In this document: piece by piece, positions 58,971 through 64,000 of the stretch | Position numbering within the stretch: the stretch's first letter is position 1 | Layout of the letters: each line of letters opens with the position of its first letter | Assembly (NCBI GenBank): GCA_050916045.1 | Contig: CP051526.1 | Span: 32,001-96,000 of the forward strand | Source of the DNA: Tepidisphaera sp. | Lineage (GTDB): Bacteria > Planctomycetota > Phycisphaerae > Phycisphaerales > UBA1924 | Direction of reading: 5' to 3' | Length of the DNA: 64,000 nt | The notes under the pieces: generated by a model | What the model saw: the letters and a program-made list of their open reading frames with translations, nothing else | Told to the model about the DNA's origin: nothing | The model's database searches: none | Program-made: the position numbers and the translations under genes

Positions 58971-60113
58971 ATGTCTTACACCGTACTCGCGCGCCGATAC
59001 CGCTCCCAGGACTTTGACGAGGTGATCGGTCAGGAAGCGATCTCGCGGACGCTCCGGAACGCGATCGACGCGGGCCGGGTGGCGCACGCGTACCTCTTCT
59101 GCGGGACGCGCGGGGTGGGCAAGACGTCGATGGCGCGGATCTTCGCCAAGGCGCTCAACGGCGGCAGCAAGGAAGTCGACCAGCTCATCATGCAGGGGAA
59201 GGACACCGATGTCATCGAGATCGACGCGGCGAGCAACACTGGCGTCGACAACGTCCGCGAGCTGATCGCCAGTGCGGCGTACCGCCCGCTCCGCGGCAAG
59301 CACAAGATCTACATCATCGACGAAGTCCACATGCTCTCGACCAACGCGTTCAACGCGCTGCTCAAGACCATGGAGGAGCCGCCCGAGCACGTCAAGTTCA
59401 TCCTCTGCACCACCGATCCGCAGAAGGTGCCCCCGACGATCCAGAGCCGGTGCCAGCGGTTTGATTTCCGCAACATCCCCACGGCGGTCATCGCCGAGCA
59501 TCTCAAGTCCGTGGTGAAGCAGGAGGAGATCAAAGCGGATCCCGATCTGCTGTTTCAGGTTGCGCGTCTGGGCAACGGCTCGATGCGCGACAGCTTGAGC
59601 TTGCTCGACCGCGTCATCGCGACGGGGGAGAAGAAGCTCACGGTCAAGCTGCTTGAGGAACTGCTCGGGCTTCCGCCGCAGGAGCTGATGGGAGGGGTGA
59701 TCGACGCGGTCGCGGCCGGGGACGCTCGCGGCGCGCTGGAGCACGCGGATCAGCTTCTCGCGCGGGGGATTTCGATCGATCAGGCGATCGAGACGCTCGT
59801 GGATCGGTTCCGCGACCTGATGATCTTCGCATCGTGCGGGCCCGACACCAAGCTCGTCGAGCTCGCGGAAGGAGCGCGGGAAGCGGAGGTTCAGCGGGCC
59901 AAGCGGTTCGACGCGGCGGGCCTGGTGCACATGATCGCGTTGTGCGAGAACGTGCAGCGCTCGGCGAAGAACAGCGGGAGCCCGCGGGCTCTGCTTGATG
60001 CGCTGCTTGTGCGCCTCGCCATGACGGAAAGGCTCGCGGACGTGACGGCGGTGGTCATGGGCCGTGGGGCGGGGGCCGTGACGGCGGGGAGCGCCGCGGC
60101 AAAAAAACACTGA
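58971..60113 (+). CDS. dnaX: DNA polymerase III gamma/tau, zero-frame (gamma-like, 380 aa) part
   Basis: YTVLARRYR, GTRGVGKTS, EIDAASN, IIDEVHML, SRCQRF, GSMRDSLSLLD; ends GCA AAA AAA CAC TGA. Confidence 0.97.
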   Translation: MSYTVLARRYRSQDFDEVIGQEAISRTLRNAIDAGRVAHAYLFCGTRGVGKTSMARIFAKALNGGSKEVDQLIMQGKDTDVIEIDAASNTGVDNVRELIASAAYRPLRGKHKIYIIDEVHMLSTNAFNALLKTMEEPPEHVKFILCTTDPQKVPPTIQSRCQRFDFRNIPTAVIAEHLKSVVKQEEIKADPDLLFQVARLGNGSMRDSLSLLDRVIATGEKKLTVKLLEELLGLPPQELMGGVIDAVAAGDARGALEHADQLLARGISIDQAIETLVDRFRDLMIFASCGPDTKLVELAEGAREAEVQRAKRFDAAGLVHMIALCENVQRSAKNSGSPRALLDALLVRLAMTERLADVTAVVMGRGAGAVTAGSAAAKKH

Positions 60114-60145
60114 CGCCGGCCGAGCCAGCGCCCCGTCGGCCGGCG
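60086..60145 (+). other. dnaX: Programmed -1 frameshift cassette in dnaX
   Basis: GGGGAG 60086-60091; A7 run 60101-60107; perfect 10-bp stem cgccggccga/tcggccggcg 60114-60145. Confidence 0.8.
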
Positions 60146-60649
60146 CCCACACCACCTCCACCCCCCAGGATCCATCCCGGGCTGGCTCCCGTGCCGGCCC
60201 CCGCAGTCGTCGTCGCGCCGGTCGCGGCGGTTCGTGGAGCGGATCCGGGCGCGGTGTGGGAGGCGGTGCGTGCGTCGGCGGGGACGTCAAAGTACCTCTC
60301 CGCGATCGTCGGTGAGCTCACGTTCCTCGGGCTTGCCGCGGGCGTTGCGCGGCTTGTGGGGCCGCGAGACATCGTGCAGGCCGCGCGGATGAAGCTCACC
60401 GAGCTTGAGAATCTCTTCAGGCAAGCGAGCGGGTCGCCGGTCAGGGTGCAGATCGAAGCCGCCGTGAGCGAGGTGCGGGAGCAGAACTCCGGGCCCGGGC
60501 TTGCCACGCCCGCTCAACCCCAGGCCCCGCGCGTATCGATGCAGGATCATCCGTTGGTGAAGAAAGCCATGGCGCAGCTCGGAGCGACGTGGGTCCGGGC
60601 ACAGCCAAGAATCAGACCGCCGGGCGAGCCGCCGGTACAAGGAGCGTGA
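60107..60649 (+). CDS. dnaX: -1 frame continuation of dnaX (tau-specific Pro linker plus C-terminal domain)
   Basis: Open from the A-run through the 60191 ORF; Pro-rich linker, W..V....., DHPLVKKAMAQLGA resembles tau C-termini. Confidence 0.75.
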   Translation, partial: TLTPAEPAPRRPAPTPPPPPRIHPGLAPVPAPAVVVAPVAAVRGADPGAVWEAVRASAGTSKYLSAIVGELTFLGLAAGVARLVGPRDIVQAARMKLTELENLFRQASGSPVRVQIEAAVSEVREQNSGPGLATPAQPQAPRVSMQDHPLVKKAMAQLGATWVRAQPRIRPPGEPPVQGA

Positions 60650-60651
60650 CG

Positions 60652-61020
60652 ATGTTCGACAAATTCAAAGCGATGGGAGCCATCGCCGGGCTCTTGGGGA
60701 AAAAGGGCGAGATCAAAGCCGCGGTGGAGCGTGTGAAGGAGAAGTCCGCGAAGACCACCGTCACCGGCTCGGGCGGCGGCGGAGCGGTCAAAGCCGTCGT
60801 CTCCGGCCAGCTCAAGGTCGTCTCCATCGAGATCTCGCAGGCTCTGGCCGCCGGCATCGCCGCCGACGAACGCACCCGCGTCCTCGCCGGGAACCTGATC
60901 GTGGAAGCCGTGAACGACGGCCTCCAGCAGGCTCAGGACGCTCTGAAGGACCAGATCGCCGCTGAAGCGAAAGCTCTCGGCTTGCCGGAACTCGGCGGGT
61001 TGGAGCAGTTCACATCGTGA
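60652..61020 (+). CDS. ybaB: YbaB/EbfC nucleoid-associated protein
   Basis: VTGSGGGGAVKAVVSG...VVSIEI...LIVEAVNDG; canonical position after dnaX; RBS aaggag. Confidence 0.88.
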   Translation: MFDKFKAMGAIAGLLGKKGEIKAAVERVKEKSAKTTVTGSGGGGAVKAVVSGQLKVVSIEISQALAAGIAADERTRVLAGNLIVEAVNDGLQQAQDALKDQIAAEAKALGLPELGGLEQFTS

Positions 61021-61718
61021 GCGGGCCCATCGCCGTCTTCGGTCCGCCGAACGGTTCGGTGCGGGTTCTGATCGAGGGCGATCTTGCTGCTCCCCTTTCG
61101 ATAGACGTCGAGCGCGAGTGGTCGCGCCGCTGTGCGCTCAATCCGCAACTGCACGACGGCCCGGTGCTGCATGTCGATCGGTTCGACCCGGTGAGCGGGG
61201 TGATCGTCTGCAAGCGCACGAGCTACAAAGCGTTTGTCGCGGGTCATGTCGCGGGCTTGAAGGTTGAAAGTCTGGGCATCACCGGGCTTTGCGTGAGGCC
61301 GGGTCGCGCGGGCGAGGATGTGCTTCTGGGCCGGCGGAGCGACCGGGTCCGCATCTACGCGGGGATGTGGGAGAGTGCGCCGCGCGGCGCGGTGGAAGTG
61401 CCGCCGGAGGTTCGCGAGCTGGATGCGGCGCGGCTTGCTTCGTGTCTGGCGGTGGAAGCTCGCGAAGAGCTTGGCGCTTCGGTGCGGGTGACCGGGTGCG
61501 TCGGGTTCGTCCGCGACGCGGACGCGTCAAGCTTGGATGTCTGCTTGCGCTGCGAGCTGGACGGTGAGCTCACCGGCGGGAACTGGGAGTATCGCGATCG
61601 GGCGTGGCTCGGGTCTGGCGAGGTGGCGCGGTGGGCGCGTGGCGTTCCGCCCCAGCGGTTCATGGATCAGATGCTGAGTCCGCCGTGCGCGGCCTGGTTC
61701 GCCGTCGGGTCGGGCTGA
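61017..61718 (+). CDS. NUDIX-like hydrolase
   Basis: NPQLHDGPVL, VLLGRRS, WESAPRG...EAREELG. Confidence 0.65.
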   Translation: MSGPIAVFGPPNGSVRVLIEGDLAAPLSIDVEREWSRRCALNPQLHDGPVLHVDRFDPVSGVIVCKRTSYKAFVAGHVAGLKVESLGITGLCVRPGRAGEDVLLGRRSDRVRIYAGMWESAPRGAVEVPPEVRELDAARLASCLAVEAREELGASVRVTGCVGFVRDADASSLDVCLRCELDGELTGGNWEYRDRAWLGSGEVARWARGVPPQRFMDQMLSPPCAAWFAVGSG

Positions 61719-62348
61719 TCAGCGTGCGCGGGTGTACTCGACCTTGTACGCGAGGAACTCGGGCGTGGCTTTGGCGTCTTTGGTGCCGGCGAGGGGTTCG
61801 TACGCGACGAAGACCTCGATGGATTGCGTGAGGTGCGAGGTGAGGGCGAAGACGGTGCGCGTCTTGGCGAGCTTGCCGTCGATGAGGTGTTCACCCTTGA
61901 ACTCGAACATCTTGGAGGGGCCGTCGAACTTGCCGCGCTCGGGGATCATCGGGAACGCGGCGCTGGAGAGGCGCATGAGCTCGAACTTCTCCCCGTCCTT
62001 GCCGTCGGGGTTGAACCCGATGGTCGTTTCGAGAGCGAACGGAGTCGGCGCGTTCGAGACATCGAGCTGCTCCTGGATGAACCTGCCGCCGAGCGTGGAT
62101 CGGCGGACGGCGGCCCCCGTGACCTCCGTCGGCGCTGCGTCCGAGCCGGAATAGATCGTGAACTTCACCTCGTAGTTGCCCGTCAGCTCGGCGAGCAAGC
62201 GGTGTTCGCCGGGGAAACCCGGCGGCAGGGGCGGGGGCACGCCGAACTCGGGCTGGGCCTGCGGCCTGGCTGGTTGCGGGGCGGGCTGCGGCTGCGCGAG
62301 GACGAAGCCGGCGGCGGCGACGACGAGGATGGGGATGATCGGTTTCAT
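61719..62348 (-). CDS. Secreted DUF1579-like protein
   Basis: Signal peptide; PGEHRLLAELTG.Y, LGGRFIQE, C-terminal EYTR. Confidence 0.65.
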   Translation of the reverse strand: MKPIIPILVVAAAGFVLAQPQPAPQPARPQAQPEFGVPPPLPPGFPGEHRLLAELTGNYEVKFTIYSGSDAAPTEVTGAAVRRSTLGGRFIQEQLDVSNAPTPFALETTIGFNPDGKDGEKFELMRLSSAAFPMIPERGKFDGPSKMFEFKGEHLIDGKLAKTRTVFALTSHLTQSIEVFVAYEPLAGTKDAKATPEFLAYKVEYTRAR

Positions 62349-62385
62349 GGGATCGCTCCGAGCCGGTTGAGGCGTGGTTGCGGGA

Positions 62386-62877
62386 TCAGTCCTTGAAGTT
62401 GACGAACTGGAGCGGGACTTCGAGGCCCGCGCCTTCGAGGAATCGCATAGCGGTCTGCAGATCGTCGCGCTGCTTGCCGGAGACGCGGACCTCTTCGCCC
62501 TGGATCGAAGCCTGGACCTTGAGCTTGCTCTCCTTGATCGCCTTGGTGATCTTCTTGGCGACCTCCTGCTCGAGGCCCTCGCGGAGCTTGATGTCGCGCT
62601 TCATCTTTCCGGCGGCTCCGACCTCGGGTTCCTGCCAGTCAAAGCTCTTGAGGCTGAGGCCGCGCTTGACGGCGGCGGACTCGAACATCTCCCGGATCGC
62701 TTCCTGCTTGGAGCGGTCTTCGGTGTAGATGTGCATCTTCTTGTCCTTCTGGACGTAGCTGATCTCGGCGGTGCACCCCCGGAAGTCGAACCGGTTGGTG
62801 ATCGCTTTTTTGGTGTTGTTGAGCGCGTTGTCGAGCTCCGCCCAGTTGATCCGTGAGACGACGTCGAACGATGGCAT
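62386..62877 (-). CDS. yajQ: YajQ-family nucleotide (c-di-GMP)-binding protein
   Basis: MPSFDVVS, RFDFRG, KVQASIQGEEVRVSGK.RDDLQ, PLQFVNFKD. Confidence 0.96.
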   Translation of the reverse strand: MPSFDVVSRINWAELDNALNNTKKAITNRFDFRGCTAEISYVQKDKKMHIYTEDRSKQEAIREMFESAAVKRGLSLKSFDWQEPEVGAAGKMKRDIKLREGLEQEVAKKITKAIKESKLKVQASIQGEEVRVSGKQRDDLQTAMRFLEGAGLEVPLQFVNFKD

Positions 62878-62926
62878 GCAACCTCCCGTGCCCAGACCCC
62901 GGGAGGATCATACCGCCGCGGGCCCG

Positions 62927-64000
62927 CTACGCGGCGGCGCGGAGGGAGTCCGTCAGCTCGCGGCACCACTTGGAGAGGTCGGCCGCGATGTCGTCCTTGG
63001 AGGAGAAGCGAGCGGCGCCGGCGGCCATGCACCGGGCCTTGATGTCTCCGTCGGGATCGCTCGTCATGACGTGCACGGGCGGAGCCCCGAGCACCCCCGC
63101 GAGGGCGGAGAGGACATCCAATGCACTGCGTCGTCCGAGGTGGTAGTCGCACAGGACGAGCTTGAACCGCTGCGGGGACTGGAGGAGCTTGACGGCTTCG
63201 TCCACGCGCTTGACCCAGGTGACGATCGTGCCCGTGGCTTTCTGCACGGCCGCGAGGACCAGTCGGGCGCTGAAGGGGTCATCCTCGATAAGCAGGATGC
63301 TCGACTCGACGCGGGGGGGTTCGAACGCGGGCGCGGAAGCGTTCTGAACGCAGCAGACGCGGTTGCGGCCGTCGTGCTTGGCTTTGTAGACCCCCTCGTC
63401 GGCGAGCTTGAGGAGGGCGGGGAGACCGGCGGGCTGCCCCGCCGCGAACGTCGTGGTGGCGTAGCCGAGCGAGATCGTGACCGGGGTGGAGTCGGGGCCG
63501 GCTTCGCTCTTGGGAATCCGGATCGACTCCCGTTCGACGCGGACGCGGAAGCGTTCGGCGAGGGAAGCGGCGGCGGCCGCATCCAAGCCCGGAGCCAGCA
63601 CGGCGAACTCCTCGCCGCCGTACCGGTAGACCCGCGCGGCTTCGGGAAGCTCGGCTGAGATCCGGGCGACGAGCTCGACGAGCACGGCGTCGCCGGCGGC
63701 GTGGCCGTAGGTGTCGTTGATGCTCTTGAACCGGTCGGCATCAACGAAGATGACGGAAAAGGGCGTCGCGGAGGCTCTGGCTTTGTCGAAGCTGACGACG
63801 CCGTCGGTGTCGAGAGCGGCGCGGTTGCACGCTCCGGTCAGCGCGTCGGTGCACGCTTTGAGAGCGAGCACCTGGTTCTGCCGTTCGAGCGTGCTGGTCT
63901 GCTGGATGGCGCAGAGCTGGGTTTCGAGGATCTGTTCGGACGCGACGGCCATGATCTCCTTGATGTCGGGGATCGATCCCACCTCGCGGTCGAACGCTTT
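62927..64000 (-). CDS. Diguanylate cyclase (GGEEF) with C-terminal receiver domain; 5' end outside window
   Basis: TDALTG, DADRFKSINDTYGH..GD, RYGGEEF, YKAKHDGRN; REC ILLIEDD...LCDYHL...TS...SK. Confidence 0.92.
   Translation of the reverse strand, partial: KAFDREVGSIPDIKEIMAVASEQILETQLCAIQQTSTLERQNQVLALKACTDALTGACNRAALDTDGVVSFDKARASATPFSVIFVDADRFKSINDTYGHAAGDAVLVELVARISAELPEAARVYRYGGEEFAVLAPGLDAAAAASLAERFRVRVERESIRIPKSEAGPDSTPVTISLGYATTTFAAGQPAGLPALLKLADEGVYKAKHDGRNRVCCVQNASAPAFEPPRVESSILLIEDDPFSARLVLAAVQKATGTIVTWVKRVDEAVKLLQSPQRFKLVLCDYHLGRRSALDVLSALAGVLGAPPVHVMTSDPDGDIKARCMAAGAARFSSKDDIAADLSKWCRELTDSLRAAA

Noticed and set aside
60191..60649. Independent 152-aa gene after dnaX
   Set aside because: No convincing RBS at the GTG; the frame is open back to the dnaX A-run and reads as the tau C-terminus

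Overview
High-GC (roughly 65-70% by eye) bacterial chromosomal segment, almost certainly from a planctomycete (Phycisphaerales-like). The basis is the H-X9-DG prepilin-like proteins, PAPG/PTPG-type PEP-CTERM tails, an HhH-less UvrC and Gly-Cys-terminated dockerin-like tails. About 58 genes: housekeeping/repair (clpB, dnaE, uvrC, purT, ubiE/menG, polX, dnaX, ybaB, yajQ), glycosyltransferases next to a short flagellin, peptidases, two ECF sigma/anti-sigma pairs, c-di-GMP proteins and many secreted proteins. No rRNA, tRNA, CRISPR array or transposase was seen. Highlights: (1) dnaX is split by a complete -1 frameshift cassette (internal SD, A-AAA-AAA, 10-bp hairpin) with inverted logic: the unshifted product is short (gamma-like) and the shifted product long (tau-like). 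(2) Four unrelated secreted proteins share a duplicated 'ADFNGDxFxDFFDYD...GC*' dockerin-like C-terminal tag, suggesting a surface-anchoring or assembly system; one lies in a low-GC patch, and two directly follow H-X9-DG pilin-like genes. (3) A PEP-CTERM protein has thioester-domain-like motifs. (4) A Fur-like 7-1-7 box overlaps the start of a 44-aa membrane peptide coupled to a heme oxygenase. (5) A His-less B12-binding-fold protein sits beside an ECF sigma/anti-sigma pair. (6) Many genes look leaderless, and there is a set of sigma28-like promoters. All calls come from reading the sequence; no database searches were run.
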